From the NCBI RefSeq assembly GCF_009914755.1, contig NC_060939.1: 64,000 bases of DNA; one strand, written 5' to 3'. The stretch comes from the human T2T-CHM13v2.0 reference genome, Homo sapiens. The notes under the pieces are model-generated. The model had not been told where the DNA came from. It worked only from the letters and a program-made list of their open reading frames with translations, and ran no database searches. Shown one piece after another: positions 36,486 through 55,260 of this stretch. The translations under genes were made by a program, and so were the position numbers. Every line of letters begins with the position of its first letter. The stretch's first letter is position 1.

Positions 36486-37837
36486 AAATTTCCAAAGTTT
36501 TTAAAGCCATCTTTACCCTTAGTAGTATATAATATTTACTTAAATATGTAAGAGTACCTACCCTTTAATTTAGTTACTGTACACATGTTTCTGTGCACAA
36601 CTTAACTGGCAAAGAGAGGATGGAGTCTTCGCATGATCTGAGAGCAATTGCAGGGCACTATGTTAATAAAACCCAATAACACAGGATTAAATCACTGTGC
36701 AAAAACCAGGCTTTGAGGCAGAGCTGAGGAGAGAAGAGAGGGAACTACATGGGTGGAATGGCATCCTCAGAGAAGGCTGCAAAGTGAGGTGGTCATGCAG
36801 GAGTGCAGGAAAGGAGGTATGGGGCCCACTGAGAGAAGCAAAAGGCCTCATTTGGAGAAACTCTGAGGTTTGCAGTGTCAGGAGAATGGTGCATCTGGTG
36901 GGAAAGGCTGTATCACCAGGCTGAAGAAGTTGGCTCCACGGCTTCTTAAATAGTGCAGTGACATTACCACAGGGATTGTTGCAAGTTAGTCTAGAAGTGA
37001 CATGTAGGGGAATTAGACCAGGGAGAGATGTTGGCACAGTATCCTGGAAAGCTATTACAAATAATCCATGCATGAAGTGACAAGAGCTGTAGGGTTATAG
37101 ACTGAATGTGTAATCTCTTAGGTTTATATGGAATTTCAGAGTTCCCAGAGCACGTTCACACACATCGTCTAATTTATCTAATTAGATCCTGTCAACCTTT
37201 TTTTATGGATGAGGATATATAGGTTCAGAGCAGTCAAGCAGCCTGTTCACAAGTTTTTAGTGACAGTTCAGTCATTAAACTGAACTAACCTACAGTTCAG
37301 TGCTTTTCAATGAATTTTTACCTCTTGTAGTGAAATTCTTACTTACTAAAACTGTTGCCTATTTTCTAGGTCCCCACTTGCTTTTTTTTTTCCATATGGT
37401 GCTAATTTGACTTTGTTCTGCAGCCGTTGTCTGTCAGTTGGCCCTTGACAACAGCATAAGCAAAAGCTAAATGCCATAGTTCACAGCTCTTAGAAACTTT
37501 GAAAACCTTTGAGTAGTGAAAAGATGGCTAAGTGTCACCATCTTGTAGAACTTCCTCACATAACTGAAAGGTAATGTTCCTAACAAAAAAAAAAAAAAAA
37601 AGCCTCTGTCAGTAGAAGGTTTTTGAAGTGTTTTAAATGAATGGAGAGTGAGGCTTTAAGGAGCCTCAAATTGGCATTATTGAGTGAAGGTGGTAAAGTT
37701 GCCCATGACTTCTAATTACAGGCAAAATCAACCTTAATAAGAACAGGCGTTACTATTTTAATAAGCCAGAATAAGGAAAATATTAATCTGAACAAATATT
37801 CTGGTATACATCGTCGTTTATTTAAAACGTGAATGAA

Positions 37838-38132
37838 GGTTGGGCAGGCTAGCTCACACCTGTAATCCCAGCACTTTGAGAGGCTAAGGCAGGTGGATCA
37901 CATGAGGCCAGGAATTTGAGACCAGCCTGGTCAACATGGTGAAACCCCATCTCTACTGAAAATACCAAAGTTAACTGGGTGTAGTGGAGCACACTGTAAT
38001 CCCAGCTAGTCGCGAGGCTGAGGCAGGAGGCAGGAGAATCGCTTGAACCCAAGAGGCGAAGGTTGCGGTGAGCCAAGATCGCGCCACTGCACTCCAGCCT
38101 GCACAACAGAAGGAGACCCATCTCAAAAAAAA
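37838..38132 (+). mobile_element. Alu
   Basis: Alu consensus with a duplicated ggcagga. Confidence 0.88.
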
Positions 38133-38810
38133 TAAGTGAATGAATTATTAAGTGGTAAAATGTTGGACATTGGCCTTTTAATTAATTTATTCAGGTATAC
38201 AGTAGGCATTTTGAAAGTCATTGTTTTTTTTATTTTGGTAAAAACATAATATGTAAGTTACAGTCTTAACCATTTTTCAGTGTACAGTTCAGTAGTTTTA
38301 CAAGCCTGTTCACACTGTGGTGCAACTGATCCGTAGAACTATTTCATCTTGCAAATCTGACACTCCATACCTATTAAACAACTATTCCTTTCCCCCTCCT
38401 TCCAGATCCTGGTAACTACCATTGTACTACTTTCTGTTTCTATGGATTTGGAAAGTCATGAATTTTTTTAAAATGTTAATCTGAAGAAACATGTATTGAG
38501 TACATACCAGGTTTTGGGCATTGTTCTTGATGCCAGGCCCAAAGAGAGGTAAAGGATAGAGGAGGATTCCTAGAGGGTCTTTGTTACACTGGATTTGGTG
38601 GCATATAAAACGTAAATCACAATAAAAATCAATGTCTATTAAGTCTTAAATGAGTGATGGAAACAGTATATTTTGTCAGATGCTAGCAGTAATATTTATG
38701 CTGAGTTGCTGAGTTTTGTGTCACCTTTACAGACCCTGAAATGCTGAGGGAGGTGCCTTAGAGGAGAAAATATGAGCCAGATAACTTGGGAATAGTGGTT
38801 ATCAGATTGC

Positions 38811-38880
38811 ATTAGGTTGCTGCAAAAGTAATTGCGGTTTTTGCCATTCTTAATGGCAATTACTTTTGCAGCAACCTAAT
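38811..38880. mobile_element. MADE1 (Hsmar1-derived MITE), internally deleted
   Basis: attaggttgctgcaaaagtaattgc ... gcaattacttttgcagcaacctaat palindrome. Confidence 0.92.
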
Positions 38881-39159
38881 ATTTATTAATAATTTATGGT
38901 TGTTAGTGAGGGGAAATAATGGTTGAGAAGGTGTTCTGCTAAATTAGCTTGGGTGTGATTGTTGCCTATTTCAAGACACAAGAGTATCTAAAAAGGCTCC
39001 GTGGGGGAAAAGTACCACACAGAGAAAAAAGGAGGAAATTCGGTTGGTTTATGTCTATGCATTGTATAAAGCTGGAGCTAGGAAGCAGCCTTTTGGGTGC
39101 TTTCAATGTTTATATGAAAAAATACTGTAGTAACATAGCAGTTGAATGCTCCCCACCTA

Positions 39160-39480
<321 letters not shown>

Positions 39481-39565
39481 TTAATGTTTAAGTCAATTTA
39501 GAGGATATGTAATTTACGTGTTTTCCTGAAATTTCTTGGAAACCACTTTAAGGGGTTCTATATAG

Positions 39566-40086
39566 CAGTGGTCCCCAACCTTTTTGTCACCAGGGACTGG
39601 TTTCATGGAAGACAGTTTTTCCTCCAGGGACTGGAGGTGGTGGTGGTGTGGGGGTGGGGGTGGTTTAGGAATGATTCAAGCACATTACATTTATTATGCA
39701 CTTATATTCTATTTTTATTACATTGTAATATATAATGAAATTATTATACAACTCACCAATGTAGAATCAGCGGGAGCTGTGAGCATGTTTTCCTGCAACA
39801 AGATGGTCCTATCTGGGGATGATAGAAGACAGTGACAGATCATCAGGCATTAGATTCTCATAGGAGTGCACAACCTAGATCCCCCACATGGGCAGTTCAC
39901 AATAGGGTTTGAGCACCTATGAGAATCTAATGCCACTGCTGATCTGACAGGAGGCTGAACTTAGGCAGCAATGCAAGTAATGGGGAGCAGCTGTAAATAT
40001 AGATGAAGCTTCTCTCACTTGCCTGCCACTGAATTCCTGCTGTGCAGCCCAGTACTGGTCCGTGGCCCAGGGATTGAGAAACCCTG
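39566..40086. mobile_element. MER1 (hAT-Charlie), MER1A length
   Basis: cagtggtccccaacctttttg ... ggattgagaaaccctg. Confidence 0.8.
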
Positions 40087-40519
40087 CTGGACAGAATGCA
40101 AAAGAATAGAAAAATCTAAACAAAGCTGAGTAGCCAGATGATGACGATTTAGCAAATTGCAACTAAGTTGTATTCACTAACTGGTCTCCTCAGAAAGCTT
40201 ATTCCTGATATATGATAGAGCTTGCTGATATTTGTCAAGGGCTTTGTGGTTCTTTGTCTTTGAAATTGATAAATAAGTTTTGAGCTACCATAGTGGGGGG
40301 AAATACGTGAGGGAAGGGTTGAACTTTTGAAGTGCCCGAGGCCTTCAAAAGGCATAGCCCTTTGAAAGCCAAAACTTTTGGCTTCAGGTTAGAATCATCT
40401 GGGAAACTTTAAAAATTACCAGTGCCCAGGTCCCATCCTTGACTAATTAAGTCACAATCTCAGAATTTGGGGAAGGGGGCAGGCCTAATCATGAGGATTT
40501 TTTTTTTCAACATTTCTCA

Positions 40520-40920
40520 GTCATCTTAGTCCATTTTCTGCTGCTATGACAGAATACCTGAAACTGCATAGTTTATAATGAACAGAAATTTATTTAGCTC
40601 ATGGTTCTGGAGGCTGGGAACTCCAAGGGTATGGCATCAGCATCTGGTGAGGACCTTCATGCTTCATTATCTCATGCTGGAAGACTGGAAGGGGAAGTGC
40701 ACTCATGCAGAAGAAAATGTAGGAGGAGCAGGACTAACTTTTATAAAAACCCACTCTCAAGATAACTAACTCACTCCTGTGATAAGGACAATCCGTTCAT
40801 ACAGGCTACACATGAATCAGCTGTGAAAGGTCCCACCTCTTAGTACTTAGTATCTCTAAGGTCCCACAATGGCAATCTAATTTCAACCTGAGTTTTGGAG
40901 GGGACTTTCAGATCATAGTA
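40520..40920. mobile_element. MaLR LTR (MST/MLT1A-like)
   Basis: tcttagtccattttctgctgctat ... ctcatggttctggaggctggga ... tttcaacctgagttttggagggg. Confidence 0.75.
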
Positions 40921-41532
40921 CCAGGCAATTCTAGAGTACAGTCAGGCCTGAAATCCATTCTTCCTGTTTCAGCTCTAGCAAGTAATCTGTGGGGAACATT
41001 TATTAAAATGTGTATAAAATACTTGCTAACTGTTTAAAATAGATATGCAGGCTTTCCCTCCCTTACTGTCAAATAGGCAAATTTTTTTTCCTTAGTCAGT
41101 TGCAGAATCTGAAGAAAAAAGTGGAAGGAGATGGAGGAATATTCTTTAAAGAGGTCCCATAGCCTTCTTTTGGGAAGGATTGGGGTTGAGGAGTAGATAG
41201 GAAGCATTGTTTATATGTACTTCAGGAAGTAGGAAATATGGCATGTTCTCAATCTATCTAAATTATATAACTTTGCAGGATGTGATCCATTTGTGTCAGA
41301 ATAATGAGGCATATAATACGTTGCATTTAACACGTGTGGGAATTCTTTGCTGAGTAATTAGCATTCCTTTCTCCAGCCTGTATTCAGAGGAAACATACCA
41401 TTCACACCCTCTCTGTGTTCACATTTTCCAGTGCGTTGGAGAGCTTTTTTTCAATAGAAATCTTTGTCCTCCTAATGAGACTTGGATTATATCTGAAGAA
41501 ACTTAACATATCTTTCTTTGTTTTTCTGGCAG

Positions 41533-41593
41533 GAATTGATTTTAAAATTAGAACGATAGAACTAGATGGAAAGAAAATTAAGCTTCAGATATG
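41533..41593 (+). CDS. RAB8B: RAB8B exon 2 (61 nt): (G)[19 protein letters not shown](W), switch I / interswitch
   Basis: Acceptor ttctggcag|GAATTGAT and donor ATATG|gtaagt; translation matches the Rab8 family IGIDFK...KLQIW motif. Confidence 0.97.
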
Positions 41594-42189
41594 GTAAGTA
41601 AACACACACACAGAGTTTCTGCTTTAATTGGGAATTGAAAGTAGGAATTAAATGTGAATTGTAATAAGTTAGAGGCATCTTGTGATAGCTAAAACATCTT
41701 TTCTTTATCGGAACCAAGGGGAAATAAGTAAGCACTGGGAATCCTTCAAAGGTATCTTCACCAAGAGTTGGGAAGGTGAGAGAGGGTACTAACTGTTGAA
41801 GCCAGAAGAGATCTGATAGCTCATCTTTCCAAAACTATAATTTTTGAGGGGAGGAAACTAAATTCTAAGGAACGCAAATTACTTCTTCATCACAGTTGTT
41901 GTAGTTTTGAAATCTGATAAGACAGAGTAGTCACGTCGCAGGAACCCTTGGCAGGAAGTACAGATCTAGGTTCTAGCCAGGATGCCTCCAAATTGAGGGC
42001 TTTGGGCCAGTTATTTCCCTTCTCAGGGTCTCACCTTTTCCTCGTTTGTAAATTGGTTGGATTGATGGCATTGGAGTTCCCCTCCAGCTATGATATTTTA
42101 TGATTTATTTGCATATTTCTTATTAAATAGAAAAATGAAGACTGAGAAAAAAAATCATGTCATAGTTCAGACTGCTCTAAGATATTTTT

Positions 42190-43775
<1,586 letters not shown>

Positions 43776-44110
43776 AGCTACTATAACAAAAATACCATAG
43801 ACTGGGTGTCTTAAACAATAAACATTTATTTCTCACAGTTCTGGAGGCTGGGAAACCCAAGATCAGGGTGCCAGCAGATACAGTGTCTAGTGAAGGTTTG
43901 CTTCCTGGTTTGTAGACAGCTGTCTCACTTGTATCCTCACATGGCCCAGAGAGAGATCATCTCTATGGTGTGAAGAGCACTAATCCCTTTCACAACGGCT
44001 CCACCCTCATGACCTAATTACCTCCCAAAGTTCCCCTATCTAAATACCATCACATTGAGGATTAGGCTTCAACATATAAATGTTGGAGGAACACAAACTA
44101 TTAGTCCTTA
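43776..44110. mobile_element. MaLR LTR (MLT1A/MST-like)
   Basis: ctataacaaaaataccatagactgggt ... tctcacagttctggaggctggga. Confidence 0.78.
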
Positions 44111-45008
44111 GGATGTTTCCCAACTCTGATGTTGCAATATGCAAGGCAAAGATCTTATGATTACCCAACTCTGGTTCATAAACTCCTGAAGAATCTGTCC
44201 AACTACAGTGAATAAATATGGTTCCTCCAGATTGCTAGGTTGAATATTTTTGACTTGAACTCAGAAGCTCTTCTTAGATTTTTTTTAACCTCCTAGAAGC
44301 TGGTTTAATTTCTTTCAGTTCAGTGCCTTGCATGGAGCCATATAGATTTGGAGCTTTTGGAAGGTTGTTGGTGATGTTTGCTGATCTAATGTGTATTGAT
44401 GACAGCAGTAGACAAAACGTAGAATTCAGAGCAGCACTGGCTAAGAACGAGGCAGGGCTAAAGAGTAAAGTTATACATATTAGCTGTTGCCTTAGGCTGT
44501 ATTTCTTTTTTGAACTCAGAACTGGGACAGAAGAAGAATATCCCCCAGCTCTTCTTTTATAGAGAAGGAAACAGGGACTGAGAGTGGTTAGGTCCACTCG
44601 AGGGCATATGTGATGAAGCTGGGATAACTACTCAACTGCCCTGGAACATAGTGATTGGCTTCCTAGTGGTTTCCAGTGTACTTCACTGGAAAATGTTATG
44701 AAGGTTACTATAGGCTGCCCTTTCCATCCATTGGTATTGAACAAGATGCCAAATATTTTACAGATTTAAAAAATTACATCTTTTCTCATGATCCCCTCCT
44801 TGGGTTTCTCAGAGAAATATGGTTAGTCTGCTAAAAAGTGCTTGCCTTCCATTTCCCCATGATTTGTTAGCGGTGCAGCAAACAAGTGCCCCATGCATCT
44901 AATGCCGATCAAAGAAAATGACAGGATAAGATGGCTTTTTTGTAAGGCCTGGCCCAGAGCTGAACAGCTGAGACCTAAGATGCTTGTCTCCTTCAAGAGT
45001 ATGAGCTG

Positions 45009-45426
<418 letters not shown>

Positions 45427-46421
45427 CTAATGGGCTGTGGTAGACATCACGTGAGTGCAGTGTGAAAGTATTTTGTAAGATATATGTCTATGTTAAGGTG
45501 TTTATTGCTTTTTAACTTATGATATTCCCTTGGGCCTTCATCTTTTATTAGGATTTGGTATATACTAGATTTCTAGTATATTTCCACAAATGCCTCTTTC
45601 TCTCCTGCAATTAAATTGTCTTAGTAGCACAGGGAATGAATTAGTTCTGGCTGGAAGTGGGAAATTTGAGAATATTGATTTTCTCAAGTATCAAGGAAAT
45701 TTAACTTCCTTTATAGGATTGCTTCTATAAATGAAATCAGAAACTCTTATATTTTTCAGAATGCATTTTAATGGTATGCCATCAGCTAAAAAGCAAAAAT
45801 ATATGAAAGTTTATATAGTTTTGACATGTTGTTTATGTTTAAAAGTCTTTGAAAACGTTGTCAAGATTTATGTGTTGAACTCCAGGTCCCCATGAAATCA
45901 TGGGCTCCATAGCTGAACAAGTTCTTGAGGAGATCTATTTTATTGTGCTCTACTGAGCAGAATGTACACAGTAATAAGTCCAGCTTGATTGCTTGCTTTA
46001 TACAGAAATCAGACATTCAGGCAAGAAAGCAAAGTGCTTTAATCATTAAGCACTTACAAAAAGGATTATAACTATCTCGGGGAGTCGAAGAATTTAGAAC
46101 TATTCTCTATTCCCTCCCACGTGTGTTTGACTAATATAACACACCAGTTCCTAGCAGGATTTTTCTGTGTATTTTTCTGTTGCTGCTTTTATCAAGGTCT
46201 GAGTTTTTCACCCAGGTCATTGTGAGCTCTTGACAGGCTCCTGTGGCCACCACCACCTCCAGCTTGCAGATGTGCAAAGGGCTCCCTCTGTGTCTCATTC
46301 TCCTTTCCTCTGTGACCACTGCACCCTGAGCAGACTAGAATTACATCTCCTACAGCAGGGTTTCTCCTCAGTGATGCTGGTGATGACTTCAAAAACCACT
46401 CTCCTTTGTTTCATATTTTAG

Positions 46422-46482
46422 GGACACAGCGGGTCAGGAAAGATTCCGAACAATCACGACAGCGTACTACAGAGGAGCCATG
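46422..46482 (+). CDS. RAB8B: RAB8B exon 3 (61 nt): (W)[21 protein letters not shown]3 box / switch II
   Basis: Acceptor tattttag|GGAC and donor GCCATG|gtgagt; frame continues from exon 2. Confidence 0.97.
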
Positions 46483-46631
46483 GTGAGTGTGTTGTAGGGT
46501 TTTGTAACTCTTCAGGTAGAAGTAAAGCATGAATGTTTGTTTGCCAAGATTATAGGATTCAAGATGGAGTCTAGTATGTAGAAAAATAAATTTTCTGATG
46601 GGGAAACAAGACATTTAAAAGGTTTTTTGGG

Positions 46632-46928
<297 letters not shown>

Positions 46929-49463
46929 GGTTTTTTGGTTGTGTTTAGCAACTGTATACTTTGCCAGTGGTCTTCATCGTAATAATCAGGTGATTAACTT
47001 ATAGATGTTCTAGAACTCCTCCACACATTCTGATGTGATTGTATATTTTCATTATTCTTCCTTTTATTAATACCTTATGGCAGTCGTAGCAAACCACAAG
47101 CCCTATGACTAAGTATTCTTTTCTTATACTCTCTTGTCATTCAGCCCTGCCACCATTATCTCTTACCTCACCACCTCCACAACATCCACTGCTGTGGCTC
47201 ATCTCCCTGTCATCCCCCTGACCACCATTCTGCCAGCTGGCCGGAAAGAATCTGGTGAATCTTGACTACCAAGTTATTTGCTGAATCCAGGCATTTTCCT
47301 TGCTGTCATAACTTCATCACTTGTTATGTTCTATCCTAAGATGCTTCATCTATTCAGTGCACTTTTATTGCTTTTTGGCTCTGGGCAGTGTGATGCTGGG
47401 AGTGCAGTGGTGAGTAAGGCAGCTTGGAAGCTGCCTTACTTCCATGAGCTGTGCTTAACCATGCTTAGAATGCCAGGCCCAGACCACGGCTTTATCGCTG
47501 GTGTTTAGGCCTAAGCCAAGCACAAGTTGGAGTCTTGAATTATGATGAAATCTAGTATGCTCAGAGTCTTTGAAGGTTGAACAACTGAGGTCATGAACCC
47601 CAACCTGGTAGATTGTAGGGTACCAGCTGCCGTCATTCCCAACTCATTGCTTAAAAGATTCTTGTATTCCTGGGAGTGGTGCTAGGATGACAGAGCTGAA
47701 GGGGTGATAGCTGTCCCCACACCTCTAGGAAGATGTGGTCTGAACCCACAGATCCCCTCACTGACATGCTGCCCTTCCTCCTCCACCACCACTTGCTCTC
47801 CAGTGTTGGAGTAGCATCATAACTCATCCCCACAAAAAGATTAGGGATTCCTTTTTAAGGCTGAAGTGTACCACTAACCATTTTATGTGTATTTGTTCCC
47901 CACACTCCACCCTATAATACTTTTAAGATTGTGAAGGGTCATCATTTTAATAAAAATAGCTGCCAGCCACTTTCTATTTTGCTTAGACTGGAATCAAAGG
48001 GAAGGGGCTTATTATATGTGCCAGGAAGACATTTGTTTGTTGTTTGTTTGTTTCCCCCAGGAAGGAATTTTAGGGATAAAAAGAACATCATAACAGGGAT
48101 GATTTGGAATAGTTTACAGGTAATTCTGATTAGAGGCATCTTAGACACACATGCCTTTCTGTTGAGCAGTTTTTTGCATGCTAGGAATGATGTGCTGACA
48201 CCATTTGCATGCTCATTTTCACTGGAGGGTGGGCAGTGGCACTTAGAATATAAGAGTAAATGTTTCACTTGGATGTCTGGCTCTAGTTCATTGTATGAAG
48301 AAAGAGGGCATGGAAATGTATTAAATAATACATTTAGATTTGAGGATTGTCTTAATTTACTTACTGCCTAGTCTTTCCTCACATTACTTCAGATAATTAG
48401 AAATTGTTGCTATTCTAAATAGTATTACCTTCCACATTTTGAAGGTAGAGATTTCTGTCTTTGTTCTGCTGTATACAATGCCAGTGTCTGACACATAGTA
48501 GAGGCTCAATAAATGCTGGCTGAAGGGGTGAATCAGTGGGAAATTTTAGACCTAGACACCATCTTGGATAAATCTTCAGGAAATCCTGCTGTGCCTGACT
48601 CTTGGATCTCTCAAGTCATCCATTCCAGTCGGTTGCCGGGCCCACCATTTTCAGCAAGTGGTGGTTATGGCAGGTTTAGTTTGGCTGATTCAGGTATGTG
48701 GCATGTTGACAAGCACTATACTGGAGTCTGTCACCATGGCATTTCAAACACATCAACAGCATTCATAGGCATAGCAGTGATCCTGATGGACATTTGGGCT
48801 TTGGGGAAAAACAGGACCATATCATTACATTATTAATGTTTCTCATAGACCAACACCATCTTCTGAATTCTTAGGAAGCTATTCTTCTTGTAGATATATA
48901 CTAGATACATAAAGTTTTAACCGATACACTTGAATTTGTATTTCTAACTGATTCATAATATCAGTTAGCTTAAAAACATAAGAAATAGGTGAATGATTTC
49001 TGCTATTGAAACTGAAGATATAAATTAATAATAGCTGCCATTTATTGAGTCCAAGCTATGTCCCAGGCTCTAGGTGAAGTAGTTTACAAATATCTCAGTA
49101 GATCCTCAAAATGATCAAGCGTGGAAGAAGTATTGTCCTCATTCTGTAAATGAGGACATGGAGACTGAGAGGAATAAAATAATGTCTGCAGGATCTCCCA
49201 TTTAATATGTGGTGGAGCCTAAGTTAGAAGCCTCAGACTCTAGCCTGCGTTCTTAACACCACACCATGTTCACACTTTCTGTGCTAACCAGTGAAATGAA
49301 ACTTCATGATGACATGGCATATAAATGATCTGGGTTGTTCATACAGTCCAAAGGATGGTAGAGCTAGGGGCAGTTATTTGGGTAATTTTAATATTGTAGG
49401 CAGCCAAACACATTGCATCAGGAATTATGCAGAATCCACTTTGAATTGTTTTTATTGTGGTAA

Positions 49464-49865
<402 letters not shown>

Positions 49866-50312
49866 TAAATTGCCTTTACAGCGTGTAGCCAAAGTGAAGC
49901 ATTTGTATTTGAGGCTGGAAGAAGGGAGGATAGAGGAGTTGTTTGTCATTTAAACAATAATGTATGTTTTTCTGGTTGCAAAAAGGATACATATACTACA
50001 GGAAACTTTGAAAATCCCAAGAAATCATCTAAAATCCCACTACTCTGAGAGATATATTCTGTTAACGTTTTATTTCATGTATTCTTTGTCTATGTGTATA
50101 TGTGTGTTTTATATGATTTATATTTATTTATATTTTATGTTTACTTACAAAGTTGGAAGCCAGACCTGGAAGGACTTCCCCTACCATACTAAGGAAATTT
50201 AATTTAATTTTGAGTATAAAGGAGAGGTGCTAAAGGATTTTGATCAATGAAGTGATAGTTCTAGTACCCTTACGGAAAGTGGATTAGAGGAGGCTAAGAA
50301 TGAAAGCAGGGA

Positions 50313-50460
50313 AGCTGGATGTGGTGGCTCATGCCCGTAATCTCAGCAGCTCGGGAGGCGGAGGTGGGAGGACTGCTTGAGTTCAGGAGTTTGAGGCCAG
50401 TCTGGGCAACATAGCGAGACCTCATCTCTAAAAAAAAGAAAGAAAGAAAGAAAAAAAAGA
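50313..50460 (+). mobile_element. FLAM / Alu monomer
   Basis: Single monomer with an A-rich tail. Confidence 0.8.
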
Positions 50461-51407
50461 ATGAAATTAATCAGGGAAATCAATTAAAGATGATGGGAAT
50501 CCAGGTAAAGACTAATTTGTGAGAATCTGAATAAGGCCATGTGTGTGGTAGGTAAGATTCTGGAATATTTAGGACATTGAGTCTCCAGGACTTAGTGACT
50601 GATTGGCTATAGAGAAGATAACTCCCACATGTGTGCTTGGGCTGGCTGACTGGGTTGTATTACTTTCACCAAAATGGTAATACAAGGACAAATAGAAGAT
50701 TCAGAGGAGACAAGACAATCTTGTTTTACTTTGTTGAGTTTGCCGTGATCACAAGGGGATATCTATTGGCCAATGTCCAGACAGTGGTCTCTTGAGTACC
50801 CCAGCCTAGCCCTTCAGCCTCAGCTTGTGCCCTCCGCCCATTAGATCTGTGCAGCCTTGCCAAGCTGACTTTCTTTCACTCAATCCAGCGGTCTCTGGTT
50901 CAACATCAGCAAGAGATTTACAATGTTTCTGCTATTTGCCAGGTACCTGGGCTTCCCCTCTTCACCGCAGCTCCTAGCCCTTTGCCTAGTTTCAGTCTAC
51001 TAAGTTCCCAGGCTTTGGCTTTAATGTCATTTCCTCAGGGAAGCCTCCCCTGCCCACTCCAGCCCCTCAACCAGATTGAATTACACCCCTAGCATATGAG
51101 CTCCCCATGCATCTTCATAGCAGTTGTCAAAATTATAATTAGTTGTATAGATATTGGTTTATTGTCTGTTGTCTTTGTTAGCCATCTACAAGAGGAAGAG
51201 ACCTTTTCTATCTTGTTCACTGCTAGTAGGATCTAGTATAGTATCAGGCACACAGTAGGTGCTCACTAAATATTTATGTAGTAGATGGACAGGTGAGTAG
51301 TTCTAGCACTTAGTACAGAAGTGTGGTCTGGGGATATAGATTTTGCAGTAGCATACAGGTGTTAGTTTAAACATTTGGAAGGTAAACCTTTTAGAAATAC
51401 CAGACAT

Positions 51408-51811
<404 letters not shown>

Positions 51812-52284
51812 CTATTTTTTGATCAACCTACATAAAAAATAATTTTAAAGCAGTGTGGTCTCAATCTTAGTAGAAGAGTAGAAAGCAAGATAGTTTCTAC
51901 TTGGAATAAACAAGTGCACAGTGGAAGTGATTAACTCTTACTCTCAATGTTATCGCTGTTTTGACTTAACACTCAGCTCCAATTGGGGCTGATTGTTATC
52001 ATGTGAGGTCAGGTAGAAAGGGTGTATCACCTTTACCACGATCACTAATTCATTAAAGGTTAACAGTGAAAATGTTAAAAGGGTTTTTATTTACATGGTG
52101 AGACCAGTGGAATAAGTATTTATTGATTTTTGTTTCTCTGTACTTTTCAAATTTATTATGAACCCTTTTTAAAGGGAAAAAATGGACAAACAAAAGGTTT
52201 CTGGAGGGTAGGAGTACATTGACATTATATACTATAACTTTAAATATATAAAGTACTAAATAAAGATATTTTTCCCCCTTATAG

Positions 52285-52362
52285 GGCATTATGCTGGTCT
52301 ATGACATCACAAATGAAAAATCCTTTGACAATATTAAAAATTGGATCAGAAACATTGAAGAG
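52285..52362 (+). CDS. RAB8B: RAB8B exon 4 (78 nt): [26 protein letters not shown]
   Basis: Acceptor ccccttatag|GGC and donor GAG|gtatgt. Confidence 0.97.
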
Positions 52363-53282
52363 GTATGTGTGGAAAGAGAATGGTGACATTGGAGAAGAGT
52401 CCTGCTGGGTGCTTGTAAAAGGCTCCTCTGTCTGCAAGGCAGCTGAGCTGCTTAGAAGCAGGGCATGGGCAGGTTGGGCCCTCTCTCTCTGAAGAGCTCC
52501 ATAAATCTCTGGTGCTGCCAGTCTGACTACTGGGGGTTAGGGGGACAGAGAAGTAACGTCACAAGATTTTAAGCTTGGGCCAGATATGGGAAATAATTTA
52601 ATCCTAGATCACATTTTACACATGAATAACTGAGAACAGAAAGAAGTGATTTGCCTGTGCTCATACAGCCTTTAAAAAGAAGAGCCAGGATTAAAACATC
52701 TGGTTCCCAGCTTCTATCCCACCATGCTGTTTGGCTAGCAACAATTATCTCTTTACCTTGGCAACTTTTTGCCCTTCTGACATTTTCTCCATCTTAGATA
52801 TTTGAAGATTGTTTTAATTCCAGGATAATTGGTATTAAGATTTTTTTAATGTCTTTGTCACTTAAGAAAGAAATCTGACTCTGAAATAATTTTGTACACG
52901 TTTCTATAAACTTAGATGAATTTCTTTTTAAAATAGTACAGAATCTAGAATACCATCTCCACTGGTTCACTCAGTACCAAGTTTTTGTCCTTCTTTGACC
53001 TGAATATTTGGAAATTTTGTCATTAGATCACCATAAGCTTTATTTGTGTTTGTTCCACCTTCTTTCCAAACCTCGGGAAGAAGGTTTGCACAGGCTCTGT
53101 GAGGGCTCTTGTACTGTAGCTTTGCCCCTCTTCCCATCTTTAAACTTTTCTCTGAATTAGGCCTTGTGTGAGTAAAAGATTATGTCTTATTAAATTCATG
53201 TGTTTCTGACAGGTTGGATTTGTCTATTAAGTAACGGGTTTTTCTCAGGCTGTTTTTATAGCATGCTATTTTCTCCCTGCAG

Positions 53283-53372
53283 CATGCCTCTTCCGATGTC
53301 GAAAGAATGATCCTGGGTAACAAATGTGATATGAATGACAAAAGACAAGTGTCAAAAGAAAGAGGGGAGAAG
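53283..53372 (+). CDS. RAB8B: RAB8B exon 5 (90 nt): [31 protein letters not shown]4 NKxD
   Basis: Acceptor tctccctgcag|CAT and donor AAG|gtaaat. Confidence 0.97.
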
Positions 53373-54030
53373 GTAAATGTGAATGGAATGGATAAAGGTT
53401 GGAATCTACTCACATTAAGCATTTCTTTTCTTCATATTATTTAATTATTGATTTTTTTTAAAATCTGTGTTTTAATCCCTTTAAATTGGATATCAACAAC
53501 AAAGAGATGTAATCCATACTTGAATGGTGTGAATTAGTATTCGAGATCCAGCTCTCTATACTGTGTGGTCATGACTCATTCCTAAAGAATTTGCTAATGT
53601 TTTCTGGGAGATACAAATTGGTCCTTTCTCAGATTCCTGCAGCTTAGAGTTCAGGCTGTTTCTTCCAGATCTGTGTGAAAATGCCCAGTTTTGAAGTTAA
53701 AGTAAACATTCTTTTTGAAAAAGAAGTTATAGGGATAGGTGAAGTTTCAACAGGAATCATTTTCCAATTCATTTTTTTCCCTAAGAATATTTTACTACAC
53801 ATTAGCGTTAGGTTTTATGGATAAATTCCTTGTAACTGATCAAGCTATGGATGTCATTTATATGTTGTTTATGGGCATGGGCATTTCTCTCTTTTGTGTC
53901 CTGTAAAGCAAAGGAATATTTTGTGTACATATTTACTTCTGTGACAGATTCTAAATTGACTTAGAAGCTTCACTTTTTAAGTCTTGGAATTTTGCTTTAG
54001 CCTTTAAAAAAATTATATATGCAAAATGCA

Positions 54031-55180
<1,150 letters not shown>

Positions 55181-55260
55181 TAAAAGTCAATACAGTAACT
55201 GTTGGAGAATTAAACTTTGGGAGCAGATAAAAGGAGTGAATGAATCCCAAGATAATGGTA

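Noticed and set aside
51931-52063. Possible piggyBac-like relic (ttaactctta ... taaaggttaa)
   Set aside because: Only 8/10 terminal match in AT-rich DNA; insufficient
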